In this document: positions 8,706 through 18,953 of the stretch, one piece after another
How positions within the stretch are numbered: position 1 is the stretch's first letter
How the letters are laid out: each line of letters begins with the position of its first letter
Virus record (IMG/VR): IMGVR_UViG_3300020045_005387
Location: 1 to 36,734 of that record
Reading direction: 5' to 3' (one strand)
Length of the DNA: 36,734 nucleotides
From: a virus
Translations under genes and position numbers: made by a program
Notes under the pieces: model-generated
The model's input: the letters and a program-made list of their open reading frames with translations, nothing else
Told to the model about the DNA's origin: nothing
Database searches by the model: none

Positions 8706-10387
8706 AAAAGCAGATTAACATCGTTGTTAAAGAGACAGGACTTGACCAAGTTCAGAAACAAGTAAACAAACTTGATTCCTCATTGGAAAATTTAAGCGAC
8801 ACCAATAAAGGGGTAACTAAATCTATGGGAGAAAGTTCGAATGCTGTATTGGACAATGGTGGAGCAATGGGGTTACTTAATGATGCCACAGGTGGATTAG
8901 CTATGACGGTTAAGGACGCAGTAGAAGCATCTGTTTTATTTACAAAATCGCAAAAGCTTAGTGCAACATGGCAGACTATTTACACAACTGTAATAGGAAC
9001 GTCTACAGGAGCTTTAAAAGCCTTTAGAATTGCTTTGGCTGCTACGGGGATAGGATTGATAGTTATTGGTTTAGGATTATTGATTGCAAATTTTGACAAG
9101 GTAAAGAAAGCTGTTTTGGCTTTTATTCCAGGACTTTCAATTGTTGGTGATATATTTACAAAATTAGTTCAAACGGTTACTGATTTTGTAGGAGTTACTT
9201 CAGATGCTTCCCGTGAGTTGGACAGATTAGGAAAACAAGCAGACAAAACTTTAGCAAAAAATAAATTTGCATTAGAAGCCTATGGTGATACTTATGACGA
9301 ATACACCAAAAGAAAAATAGAGGCAAATTCTAAATACGCCCAACACGTAAAAGACATAAATGAAGATGAAACGTTAAGCGAAAAACAAAAACTTGAAAGG
9401 TTAAAAATACTTCGTACAACTGCTAATAGAGAAATTGATAAAGCAGAAGCGGATAGGATTGCGGAAAGAAATAAAAAAGCTAAAGAGGCACAGGACAAGA
9501 TTGACGAACAAAATAAAGAAGCTGCTGACAAAGCTAAAGAAGCAAGAAAAAAAGCAGCGGAGGAAAGAGCTGCGGAAGAAAAAAAGATTGCAGACGAAAA
9601 ACTAGCAGCAGATTTAGAAAGCGCAAAAGAAGCTCTATCAATTGTTGACGAACTGAAAAAAAACGCAGAGACTCCAGCGCAAAAAGAACAAAGGGAGTTC
9701 GAAGAAAAGAAAGCTGTTTTAGAAGCTAATAATTTATCTACACAAGAACTTGAAAGACAGCATATAGAAGCTATGGCTGCCATTTCAGAAGAAGAGCGCA
9801 AGAATAAAGAAGCTGTTCAAAAAGATAAAGAAGCAAAAGATAAAGAGGCTGCTGAAAAAGAAATAGCAGAAGCGCAAGCCGTTGCTGATGCTAAATTAGC
9901 AATTCAAAATGGAACACTTGACACAGTAAGCGCAGGAATTGGTTTATTGAAAAGTTTAGGTGAAAAAAGTAAAGCTGTGCAAAAAGCTACATTGATTGCT
10001 GAAAACGCTGCAGGAATAGCCAAAACAATAATAAATACAGTTGCTGCAAACGCAAAATCAGTAGCAGCATCACCATTAACAGCTGGACAGCCTTGGGTAT
10101 CTTTAAACACAATAAGTGCAGGTATCGGAATAGCTTCGTCAATTGCAGCAACAGCGAAGGGATTATCTGCCTTAGGTGGAGGCGGAAGCGCAGGAGGTGG
10201 TTCATCTTTGCCGTCTGGTTCATCAGCACCAAGCGCGCCCTCTTTTAATTTAGTTCAAGGTACTAACTCAAATCAAATTGCATCATCGATAAATAATCAA
10301 CAACCTATCGAAGCTTTTGTAGTTTCTAAAAATGTTACCAGTGGACAAGAACTTGATAGAAACATTATAAAAAGTGCAAGTTTATAA
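8696..10387 (+). CDS. Tape-measure-like protein (563 aa)
   Basis: Hydrophobic segment ALAATGIGLIVIGLGLLIANF, a long K/E/A-rich coiled-coil centre and a Gly/Ser-rich C-terminus. Confidence 0.6.
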   Translation: MAIEKQINIVVKETGLDQVQKQVNKLDSSLENLSDTNKGVTKSMGESSNAVLDNGGAMGLLNDATGGLAMTVKDAVEASVLFTKSQKLSATWQTIYTTVIGTSTGALKAFRIALAATGIGLIVIGLGLLIANFDKVKKAVLAFIPGLSIVGDIFTKLVQTVTDFVGVTSDASRELDRLGKQADKTLAKNKFALEAYGDTYDEYTKRKIEANSKYAQHVKDINEDETLSEKQKLERLKILRTTANREIDKAEADRIAERNKKAKEAQDKIDEQNKEAADKAKEARKKAAEERAAEEKKIADEKLAADLESAKEALSIVDELKKNAETPAQKEQREFEEKKAVLEANNLSTQELERQHIEAMAAISEEERKNKEAVQKDKEAKDKEAAEKEIAEAQAVADAKLAIQNGTLDTVSAGIGLLKSLGEKSKAVQKATLIAENAAGIAKTIINTVAANAKSVAASPLTAGQPWVSLNTISAGIGIASSIAATAKGLSALGGGGSAGGGSSLPSGSSAPSAPSFNLVQGTNSNQIASSINNQQPIEAFVVSKNVTSGQELDRNIIKSASL

Positions 10388-10428
10388 CAAAAAGCAAGAT
10401 ACTAAGTTTAATCATTATAAATAATAAC

Positions 10429-11520
10429 ATGAAAACATATCAGGCTAAATACAACCCATTATTAAACAAAGGAGTTTACGGAATTTCTTTGGTTGAGAAT
10501 CCAGCAATGGAGGGTTTGTTTATTGCGCTTTCAAAAGATGAGGTTGTTCAATTCAAAACAGTTGATGAAGAACAACGGATTTTAATGGGTTTAGTTTTAG
10601 AACCTAACAAACCTATTTATAGAAATCAAAACGGGGAGGAGTTTAATATTGTTTTTAACGAACAAACCATTAAAGATTTGTCTTATGGTTTTTTTAAAAA
10701 TAACAGTCATTCAAATTCAACAATTGAACACGACATAGACCAAAACATTAAGGGCGTTACATTTACTGAAAGCTGGATAGTTGAAAATCCAACGAACGAC
10801 AAAAGCAACAACTTTGGTTTTAGTTATCCTAAAGGGTCATGGGTTGCGGTAATGAAAGTTGATAGCGATGAGGTTTGGAATGATTACGTTAAGACAGGTA
10901 AAGTTCAAGGCTTTTCAATTGATGCAATGCTTTCATTAGAAGAAGTAAATTTAAAATCAAATATAGAAATGAGTAATACAAACACGTTATTAGAAAAAAT
11001 TCTATTAGCACTTACTCCAACAAAGCAAACCGAGGTAAAACTTGGGTCAATGATGCTTGCGGACGGTAGTGTTAAGATTGAATTTGAAGGCGAAGAAATG
11101 AAAGTCGGTGACGCTATTTGGGTAGTTGCTGAAGATGGTACAAAAGTACCAGTGCCAGTAGGGGAACATCCATTAGAAGACGGAACTGTTTTAATCGTTA
11201 CAGTTGAGGGAGTTGTTGAAGAAATTAAACCTGCAGCAGAGCCAGCAAACGAAGAACCAGCCCCAGTAATTGAGGCAGGAGAAGACGGCAAAGTTTCAAA
11301 CGATGCCAAGATTGCAAGCGAAATAGAAAGCGCAATTAAATCGATTTTGATTAAATACACAGCACAAGAGCAAACAATTTCAGAATTGAAAGAGCAAATT
11401 GCTGAATTATCTAAACAACCAGCGAGTAAACCTATTCAAGGCACGCCAGTACAAGTAGATTTTTCAAAAATGACACCAAAAGAAAGAATTTTTAACACAA
11501 TCAATAAACACAAAAATTAA
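10429..11520 (+). CDS. Prohead protease (XkdF-like) fused to a scaffold-like C-terminal region
   Basis: An N-terminus of YGISLVENPAMEG type, an acidic Pro-rich linker and a C-terminal coiled coil. It lies directly upstream of the capsid gene. Confidence 0.65.
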   Translation: MKTYQAKYNPLLNKGVYGISLVENPAMEGLFIALSKDEVVQFKTVDEEQRILMGLVLEPNKPIYRNQNGEEFNIVFNEQTIKDLSYGFFKNNSHSNSTIEHDIDQNIKGVTFTESWIVENPTNDKSNNFGFSYPKGSWVAVMKVDSDEVWNDYVKTGKVQGFSIDAMLSLEEVNLKSNIEMSNTNTLLEKILLALTPTKQTEVKLGSMMLADGSVKIEFEGEEMKVGDAIWVVAEDGTKVPVPVGEHPLEDGTVLIVTVEGVVEEIKPAAEPANEEPAPVIEAGEDGKVSNDAKIASEIESAIKSILIKYTAQEQTISELKEQIAELSKQPASKPIQGTPVQVDFSKMTPKERIFNTINKHKN

Positions 11521-11522
11521 TT

Positions 11523-12434
11523 ATGGCAACTACAGTAACAGTAACTTCCAACTATGCAGGCAAAGAAGCTGGCGAAATAGTTGGACAAGCATTTAAAGAA
11601 GCGGATACAATTGCAAAAGGATTTGTAACCGTATTTCCAAACGTAAACTTTAAATTGAATTTGAGAAAAATTCTTTTGACAGGTGGTAAAAGAGAATACA
11701 CTTGTGGACACGTTCCAGCTGGTGCAATCACTTTGAGCGAAAAAGTTTTAGAACCTAAAAAATTCAAAGACGATTTCGAAATCTGTAAAGAAGACTTTAG
11801 AGCGCAATGGAGCGAAGACACAATGGGTGCAAGCGCACACAACGATAACGCACCTAAAGATATTATGGACGCAATCCTTGTTGAGAAACTAGGACAAACA
11901 GCAGAGGAATTAGACGATAACATTTGGAACGGTGACGGAACAAACGCAGACGAATTTGATGGTTTCTTGAAATTGTTCGCAGCTGATGCAACAGTTATTG
12001 ACGTTGATATTCCAGCAGCAACAACTGAATCAAATGTTGAAGCTCACTTGAAATTAGCCTTAAACGCTGTTCCAATTGAATTGAGAAGAAAAACGTTAAA
12101 AGTAGGTGTTTCTCCAGATATTTATCAAGCCTACAACTTCTTGTTGATTTCAAAAGGAATTTTGAATGGATTAGGAGGAGACTCAAATACAGCAATGAAA
12201 ATTGGTAAATATATGTTAGATGAAGTTAACGGGTTACCAACAAATACAATCGTAATTGCAGAGCCTAAAAACTTAATCTTTGGAACTGGATTGTTAGCAG
12301 ACCACAACGAAGTAAAAATGGTTGACCAAGACGATACATTATTGAATGGTAAAATCATCGGAACAATGGTTTACAATGCTGGTGTACAGTATTATAACGG
12401 TGCTGAAATAGTTTGGGCTAGAGAGATAGCATAG
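11523..12434 (+). CDS. Major capsid protein
   Basis: A 303-aa protein directly after the protease/scaffold gene and followed by a strong hairpin. Confidence 0.75.
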   Translation: MATTVTVTSNYAGKEAGEIVGQAFKEADTIAKGFVTVFPNVNFKLNLRKILLTGGKREYTCGHVPAGAITLSEKVLEPKKFKDDFEICKEDFRAQWSEDTMGASAHNDNAPKDIMDAILVEKLGQTAEELDDNIWNGDGTNADEFDGFLKLFAADATVIDVDIPAATTESNVEAHLKLALNAVPIELRRKTLKVGVSPDIYQAYNFLLISKGILNGLGGDSNTAMKIGKYMLDEVNGLPTNTIVIAEPKNLIFGTGLLADHNEVKMVDQDDTLLNGKIIGTMVYNAGVQYYNGAEIVWAREIA

Positions 12435-12448
12435 TTAAATTAGAAACA

Positions 12449-12470
12449 AAGGGGAGTTAGTTCTCCCCTT
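12449..12470 (+). terminator. Hairpin after the capsid gene (aaggggag-ttagtt-ctcccctt)
   Basis: Perfect 8-bp GC-rich stem. There is no T tract, so it may act as an attenuator or stabiliser. Confidence 0.6.
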
Positions 12471-12489
12471 AAATAATACATATATAATT

Positions 12490-12999
12490 ATGGCATGTGA
12501 TTTAACAGCAGGGAGAGAAAAAGCTTGTAAGCAAGGACTCGGAGGACTTGGCAAACTATACCTTTTTAATTTTTTAGAAAATCCATTTACGGTAGTGTCA
12601 GGGGTTGCAACAGCAATCAATCCTTTGCTTTTGGCAGCGTTTGAATATGAACTTGAAGGCGATGGAAACAATGTGTCAGAGTCTTTAGTTTCAGACAGAA
12701 ATTCTGGGACATCGGTAAACACCCAAACAAGTACTTTTGTATTAAAGAAAATTGACGCGACTACATCGGCTCAAATGAATCTACTTGCTTATGGTTTCCC
12801 CATGGCAGTAGTTAAAGATAGAAATGGAATTTACCACGCAATTGGAATTGATGATGGAATTGACTTTACCGTGGTACAATCCACTGGTGGAGCTAAAACA
12901 GAACTTAACGGATACACATTGACTGGCGTTTCTACAACGGGGAGTTTATCTCCTAAATTAGATTCGGCAACGGTTACAGCTTTTTTAGCTTTAGTTTAG
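12490..12999 (+). CDS. Abundant virion protein, putative major tail (tube) protein. Paralog of 15463..16038.
   Basis: Bracketed by hairpins at both ends. It shares RKxCKxx(L/I)GGLxK(L/V)(Y/W), D(R/N)NGIY and LNG(Y/F) motifs with the 191-aa ORF. Confidence 0.45.
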   Translation: MACDLTAGREKACKQGLGGLGKLYLFNFLENPFTVVSGVATAINPLLLAAFEYELEGDGNNVSESLVSDRNSGTSVNTQTSTFVLKKIDATTSAQMNLLAYGFPMAVVKDRNGIYHAIGIDDGIDFTVVQSTGGAKTELNGYTLTGVSTTGSLSPKLDSATVTAFLALV

Positions 13000-13022
13000 T
13001 TTTTTTTGGATTAGTATTAAAG

Positions 13023-13050
13023 CCGAATATAACAATATTCGGTTTTTTTT
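13023..13050 (+). terminator. Rho-independent terminator (ccgaatat-aaca-atattcgg followed by T8)
   Basis: Perfect 8-bp stem followed by tttttttt. Confidence 0.8.
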
Positions 13051-13060
13051 GTTTAATAGT

Positions 13061-13366
13061 ATGCTACATTTATTACCTATAAACACAACACATGAATTTA
13101 ATTTTATCCCTCGGTTTATTCCTAGTGATGAATTGACATTACAATTATATAACGAAACGACACAGCAATTTCAAAACGTAGATAATTTATATGTTTATGT
13201 TAATGGATTAGCCACAATTTCATTTGATTTGAATGTATTTGAAAATGATAAATTTCAAGTTAAAATATTACAAGGAGTTGACGTTATTTACAGAGATAAA
13301 ATTTTCGTAACCTCTCAAGACACACAAGAATTCAAAGCAACAAAAGACCATTACTATTATGAGTAA
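13061..13366 (+). CDS. Hypothetical protein (101 aa)
   Basis: ATG 13061 is preferred, because the TTG 13049 start in the ORF track lies inside the terminator T tract. Confidence 0.55.
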   Translation: MLHLLPINTTHEFNFIPRFIPSDELTLQLYNETTQQFQNVDNLYVYVNGLATISFDLNVFENDKFQVKILQGVDVIYRDKIFVTSQDTQEFKATKDHYYYE

Positions 13367-14978
13367 CGATGTAAGATTATTACAATTAAGCAATTATGTA
13401 CGCCCAAAATTAGAAGAAAACAAATCTAAGAACTGGGTTTTGAATGGTAAGAACAATTCGTTCTATCAATACATAATTGACCGCTTTAATGGCAGCCCAA
13501 CCAATGCAGCTATTATTGACAGTTATGCAAATCTTATTTATGGCAATGGATTACGGTCAAGAAATAACAATACAAATGCTTGGATAAACTTTGTTTCAAT
13601 TTTAAGACCTAAAGAAGTTCGTAAAATAGTTTCAGATTTTGAACTATTTGGAGAGGCATCATTTCAAGTTATTAAAGCAAAAGATAAAAAAAGTTTAGCA
13701 GCAATTTATCATATTCCTAAACAACAAGTTGTTCCAGCTTTAGAAAATGAAGACGGAATAATTGACACATATTGGCATTCTAAGGACTGGACTAATACGC
13801 AAAAATATCCACCAGTGCCTTATCCTGCGTTCGGTACTTCAAAAGAAGATATAGAGATTTATTGTATTAAACCATATAAAGCTGGTAAAAACTATTTTAG
13901 TGATCCAGATTATTTAAGTGCATTACCTTATGCTGAAATGGAAGAAGAACTTGCAAACTTCTATATAAATTCTATTAAGAAGGGATTAAGTGCGGGTTAC
14001 ATAATCAATGTTCCAGACGGAGGCACAATGACACCAGAGGAAAAAGATGAGTTTGAAAAGAAAATAAAAGCAAAGCTAACAGGTTCACCAAATGCAATGA
14101 GTTTTGTTTTATCATTTAATGGACGTGATGCTGAAATAACAATAATTCCTTTTCCTGTTAATGACGCACAGCATAAGCAATGGGAATATTTGACAGGCGA
14201 AAGCAGACAGCAAATAATGACAGGACACAAAGTTGTATCTCCTAAATTATTCGGTATTATGTCAGACGGTGGTTTTGGGAACAATGCCAACGAACTTGAC
14301 GAAGCTGAAGCACAGTTGATGAAAAGGGTAATACAACCAAAACAAACACCAATAACAGAAGCCCTTGAAGAAGTAATAAATTTCTATAATATAAATTTGG
14401 ATTTATACTTTGCTCCATTAACTGAACAAAAAACGGTTCAACTTCATTCACACGACGAAAAAAAAAAGATTGATTTAAGCGAGTACGGAGAAGATGAAAA
14501 TATTGATGAATATGAATTAATAGAAGTTAAGCCAGTTGATTATGAAGAAGAAAAGAGATTAGGTTTAATTGAATTTTCAACTGGTACAGCTAAGCCGTTA
14601 CAAAAGTCTAGGTATGATTTATTTGATACAATAACACGCTATAGGTATGCAGGAGACATGACAGGACAAAGGCAGTTTTGTAAAGACATGCTATCAGTTA
14701 AAAAGATATATAGAATTGAAGACATAGAAGCAATGAGTAGTTTGCCAGTAAACGCTGGATTTGGTCCAGAAGGAGCATCTACTTATGATATTTTAAAGTA
14801 TAAAGGAGGGGTTAATTGTCATCATTATTGGGAAAAACTTACCTATAAACGAAAAAATGAGAACGTAAAAGTTGACCCAAAGTCACCAGTTGCAATTGAT
14901 AAAAGTAATAAACAGCCAGCTAAAGGATTGGCAGGAATTGAACCAATAAATATGCCTAATAGAGGCGCATTAAACTAA
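13359..14978 (+). CDS. Putative portal protein with a C-terminal minor-head-protein-like extension
   Basis: 539 aa. The N-terminus (NWVLNGKNNSFYQYIIDRFNGSPTNAAIIDSYANLIYGNGL) is typical of portal families. The C-terminus carries GGVNCHHYWE. Confidence 0.55.
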   Translation: MSNDVRLLQLSNYVRPKLEENKSKNWVLNGKNNSFYQYIIDRFNGSPTNAAIIDSYANLIYGNGLRSRNNNTNAWINFVSILRPKEVRKIVSDFELFGEASFQVIKAKDKKSLAAIYHIPKQQVVPALENEDGIIDTYWHSKDWTNTQKYPPVPYPAFGTSKEDIEIYCIKPYKAGKNYFSDPDYLSALPYAEMEEELANFYINSIKKGLSAGYIINVPDGGTMTPEEKDEFEKKIKAKLTGSPNAMSFVLSFNGRDAEITIIPFPVNDAQHKQWEYLTGESRQQIMTGHKVVSPKLFGIMSDGGFGNNANELDEAEAQLMKRVIQPKQTPITEALEEVINFYNINLDLYFAPLTEQKTVQLHSHDEKKKIDLSEYGEDENIDEYELIEVKPVDYEEEKRLGLIEFSTGTAKPLQKSRYDLFDTITRYRYAGDMTGQRQFCKDMLSVKKIYRIEDIEAMSSLPVNAGFGPEGASTYDILKYKGGVNCHHYWEKLTYKRKNENVKVDPKSPVAIDKSNKQPAKGLAGIEPINMPNRGALN

Positions 14979-14983
14979 ACGAA

Positions 14984-15475
14984 ATGGCGGAGCTTTTATT
15001 CATAACCCCAGCAGAAATGACGTATTCCACTATTTTAAGTGGAAATACAGACACGGACAAGTATTTATTTTGTATTGCTGATGCTCAAATATCGGTAATC
15101 GAACCATTGTTAGGTTCAATATTGTATGATAAAATAAAAGCAGATAAAGAAGCAGATACATTAGCAGGCTTGTATTTGGAATTATATACAGATTTTATCA
15201 AACCAATCACGAAAAATGAAGCAGTAGCTCAATATATTGAAATAGCTTCTTATACGGTAGATAATGGTGGCGTGGTTAAACATACTGGTGATAAAATTGA
15301 AATAGTAAGTAAAGACGAGTGTCAATATTTAGCAGGCAAGTATCATAACTTAGCTCAAATGTATATTGGACGTTTTAATAAATGGATTTGTAAAAACCCA
15401 TTAACGGAATATCAACAATGTCAAGATGAGGTAGACGCTCAAAAAGTAAAAGTTTCTTTCGGATGGAAATTATAA
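14984..15475 (+). CDS. Hypothetical head-tail joining region protein (163 aa)
   Basis: ORF track and position. Confidence 0.5.
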   Translation: MAELLFITPAEMTYSTILSGNTDTDKYLFCIADAQISVIEPLLGSILYDKIKADKEADTLAGLYLELYTDFIKPITKNEAVAQYIEIASYTVDNGGVVKHTGDKIEIVSKDECQYLAGKYHNLAQMYIGRFNKWICKNPLTEYQQCQDEVDAQKVKVSFGWKL

Positions 15476-16038
15476 GCGGATATAACAGAAAATGTAAGGA
15501 CAGTATCGGAGGACTCCGTAAGGTTTGGATGTGTAAGTATGTTAAATATTCCAGAAGTCAAATAACAACAGACGGCAACATATTGACTTTGTTTCCTGAC
15601 ACATTTATATATTCGTTCCATAGTGTAGAAGCTTCGAACGCTTCTGAATCAATGGAGCAAGCAGAGGGGGGTAAATTTTTTAATCAAAGTATATCGCTAA
15701 CATTTCAAGGAGCAGACCCTAATGAGATTGAACTTTTACAAAATATAGATTTCAGAATTTTATATTTAGATAATAACGGAATTTATAAAGTTTTTGGTTT
15801 GTATAATGGCATGGAATCTGGCTCGATAACGTACGATACAGGAACTTCAAAAAATAGTTTGAACGGTTTTAAAATTACATTTACAGGTAAAGAACCTCAA
15901 GAATCTGTTTTTGTAGAGGATTTGCAAGCAGTTGGATTTATTGAAGAAGACACGGTAGTTGAGCATTATTTACTATTACAAAATTCAGACTTTTTTATGT
16001 TGGAAAATAACGATAATTTAATTTTACAAAATGGCTAA
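15463..16038 (+). CDS. Virion protein, paralog of 12490..12999
   Basis: Shared N-terminal Cys/GGL motif and the internal DNNGIYKVFG and SLNGFKITFTG motifs. Confidence 0.5.
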   Translation: MEIISGYNRKCKDSIGGLRKVWMCKYVKYSRSQITTDGNILTLFPDTFIYSFHSVEASNASESMEQAEGGKFFNQSISLTFQGADPNEIELLQNIDFRILYLDNNGIYKVFGLYNGMESGSITYDTGTSKNSLNGFKITFTGKEPQESVFVEDLQAVGFIEEDTVVEHYLLLQNSDFFMLENNDNLILQNG

Positions 16039-16432
16039 TAGAAAATTAACACTCCTCCCAGAGTTAACAACATTAGATGATAATGATTGGGGGTATGTTG
16101 TAGATATATCGGATACTTCTGAAAGTCCACAAGGTACAAGCAAGAAATTTAGAAAGTCTTCTTTATGGGATTACATAAGAGGAAAAACAGACGGGCGTTA
16201 TGGAACAGTCACCATAATATCGAATCAAAGATATTCAGCAGCAGGACAGGATTATATTTTGCCATTAGCAGGAGCAACAGCAACAATAGCTTATATAGAT
16301 GATTATCCTCAGCATTTAGAAGACCCTTCTTTTTTATCTGACTTAAACACATTTACGCAAACGGATGATACAATTACATTTAAACAAACAATAGAAACTA
16401 ATTCAATAATCAGAATATATTATTACAAATGA
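16031..16432 (+). CDS. Hypothetical protein (133 aa), possible fibre adaptor
   Basis: Position upstream of the large fibre gene, with overlapping starts. Confidence 0.45.
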   Translation: MANRKLTLLPELTTLDDNDWGYVVDISDTSESPQGTSKKFRKSSLWDYIRGKTDGRYGTVTIISNQRYSAAGQDYILPLAGATATIAYIDDYPQHLEDPSFLSDLNTFTQTDDTITFKQTIETNSIIRIYYYK

Positions 16433-18942
16433 AAAAACTAATTTTATTTTTGTTGTTGCCTATCTTGGCACTAGCTCAAAATCCTACTAACTTCCCATAT
16501 GGAATAAAAAACACAGGTGCTTCAACATCTAGTGCGCACACATACGTAGTATCGCAGGGGACAAATGGAGTTTACACAAAAACTGAATCCGTAATGAACC
16601 AAAACGCTAATAGTGGGATATTGTCAGGTGGAGGTTTATCAGTTAATGCAGACCCTACAAAGTATGACATAGTAGCAGGGGAAGGATATGTTTCAAATAC
16701 ATTGTCAGGAACTGTCAGCAAAGTAACTTGGGCAACTGCTACAGCACAGACTACACCGTATTTATTGACTGCCGTAGCTACTTATGTATTGAAAGACAAT
16801 ACAGGAGCTACCGTGCTTCAGACAACCGCGCCAACACCGCAACAATATCGAACACATATTTATTTAGGCAAGTTAGCGCATACAACTTTTACGACTATTT
16901 TGTTCGCAGTAAGTGAACCAAGTAGAATGTTTAATGTGTCTGGTGATTTACATGATTTAGTTTCCAGTTTTGGCTCTATAAACAGAAGTGGTAATACAAT
17001 TAGTCCGAACGGAGCTAACCTTCAAATAAACGTTTCTGCGGGTGAAACTTTACGCGAAGGGGCAAACTATTTAAGCAATAGAAATTCGCCTAATATCACA
17101 ACAGAGCCAGCCGTAAACGCGACAAGTTTTAGGAATAAATTTCGTAACGGCACGGGAGGTTGGAACGCGGTAAATACGAGTACTGTAGACCCAAATTATT
17201 ACGATGATGGAACTGGTATTTTAGCATTAGTACCTAATAATAAATTTACCATTAAAGTAGTTTATCGCTTTGGAGGGACAGGGACTATCCACATGGATTA
17301 CGGACAAGTTATTTATGACGACATGGATTCCGCTGATAGGGGAATTTCCGCAGCAGTATCTTCAGACCCTGATACAAGGAACTTTGCCAGCCGTATAGGT
17401 TGGATTATTGTAAAACAAGCAACTACCTCTCTACTAGATGATACAAAATATAAATTTGTACCAGCTGACAAAATAGGGGAAAGGTCAGCAGGAACATCTT
17501 CGCCAACTGACTTACAAGATGCATACAACAATAGCTTAACACCTCAAATAACAACCACTACAGATTTGGGCGCGGTTGATATCAAAAGAGGTTCAGCAGC
17601 AGACACAGACAAAGTTTTTCGTGTGCTTAACGGAGCAGGAACAGAAACATTTGGAGTTACAGGGGAGGGGAATGTTATGGCAGGAACTTACAATGGATAC
17701 ACGCCTGCGAATGATGCGAATGTTGTACATACAACAGGTAACGAAACTATAGCGGGGATTAAGACTTTTACAAACTCAGGAGCTACAAATATAAATGGTA
17801 TTTCATTAATTAACAACGGGACAACCAATACCTATTCTTTATTTACAGATAACAATAGTACTGGTATAGGGATATTAAGCAGAAACGACAACACAGGAAT
17901 AGGGCATCAAATAACAAATTCAAGCTCAGGATATGGAAATTTCACATATAACACAGCAGCTGGATATGGTTTCTGGATGGAAAACCAATCTACTGGTACG
18001 GGATTAGTATTAAACGGTCTTTCTGGGTCATCTGGTTTGTTGTTTGCGGGAAAAAACAACGGTACAAACACTTTTACGATAGATAAAACAGGTAACTTAA
18101 CAGCAGCGTCTTTTATAAAATCGGGCGGATTAAGTACTGAATACTTAAAAGCAGATGGTAGCGTTTCAACTTTAACAAATCCAGTTACAGGAACAGGAAC
18201 GACAAACTATTTACCGAAATTTACAGGGACTTCAACGGTTGGGAATAGTTTGATTTATGATGACGGTACAATGGTAGGAATAGGTCTTGCTATACCTAGC
18301 AATTTCTTACATATATTCGGATCAACATTGACTTTGACTAATGAAAACACTTACTCGGCTAAGTTTTCAAACGGGAATGTTGATAAAGGAGTAATATTAG
18401 GATATGACAACACTAATGATTTTGGCATAATATCAGCTGTTAACGCAGGAGTTGCTTGGAGACCTTTGCTGTTAAATCCTAATGGTGGTAATGTTCTTGT
18501 GGGAGGGTCTTTTCCAGACAACGGAGTTGATAAGTTGCAGGTTAACGGGAGTGCAATTGCTACATCTTGGAAAACATCAGGGGGTTCGGCTACTCAGTTA
18601 GTAAAAGGAGACGGTACACTTACAGTTGGTTACAAAGTTTACAAAGCACTATTAACACAAACAGGAACAGGCGCACCTACGGCAACTGTATTAGACAATA
18701 CTTTAGGGGGTACTGTTACTTTCACTTATAACGCAACAGGTTACTATGGCATTTCAAGAACGGGAGCGTTTACAGCTGGTAAAGTTATAGTGTTTATAAA
18801 CGGTAATCTAGCTACTACCGCAACCTTTGGGTGGTCAAGAGTTGACGCTAACACTTTAGAAATATCGTCATTTGATAATTCTGGAAGTGCTGCTAATGGC
18901 TTATTTACTAATGCCTCAATTTCTATTGAAGTCTATAACTAA
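16429..18942 (+). CDS. Tail fibre / receptor-binding protein with a signal-peptide-like N-terminus
   Basis: Contains the GNETIAGIKTFTN fibre motif, Gly/Thr/Asn-rich repeats and the N-terminus MKKLILFLLLPILALAQN. Confidence 0.7.
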   Translation: MKKLILFLLLPILALAQNPTNFPYGIKNTGASTSSAHTYVVSQGTNGVYTKTESVMNQNANSGILSGGGLSVNADPTKYDIVAGEGYVSNTLSGTVSKVTWATATAQTTPYLLTAVATYVLKDNTGATVLQTTAPTPQQYRTHIYLGKLAHTTFTTILFAVSEPSRMFNVSGDLHDLVSSFGSINRSGNTISPNGANLQINVSAGETLREGANYLSNRNSPNITTEPAVNATSFRNKFRNGTGGWNAVNTSTVDPNYYDDGTGILALVPNNKFTIKVVYRFGGTGTIHMDYGQVIYDDMDSADRGISAAVSSDPDTRNFASRIGWIIVKQATTSLLDDTKYKFVPADKIGERSAGTSSPTDLQDAYNNSLTPQITTTTDLGAVDIKRGSAADTDKVFRVLNGAGTETFGVTGEGNVMAGTYNGYTPANDANVVHTTGNETIAGIKTFTNSGATNINGISLINNGTTNTYSLFTDNNSTGIGILSRNDNTGIGHQITNSSSGYGNFTYNTAAGYGFWMENQSTGTGLVLNGLSGSSGLLFAGKNNGTNTFTIDKTGNLTAASFIKSGGLSTEYLKADGSVSTLTNPVTGTGTTNYLPKFTGTSTVGNSLIYDDGTMVGIGLAIPSNFLHIFGSTLTLTNENTYSAKFSNGNVDKGVILGYDNTNDFGIISAVNAGVAWRPLLLNPNGGNVLVGGSFPDNGVDKLQVNGSAIATSWKTSGGSATQLVKGDGTLTVGYKVYKALLTQTGTGAPTATVLDNTLGGTVTFTYNATGYYGISRTGAFTAGKVIVFINGNLATTATFGWSRVDANTLEISSFDNSGSAANGLFTNASISIEVYN

Positions 18943-18953
18943 ATATAAATAAA

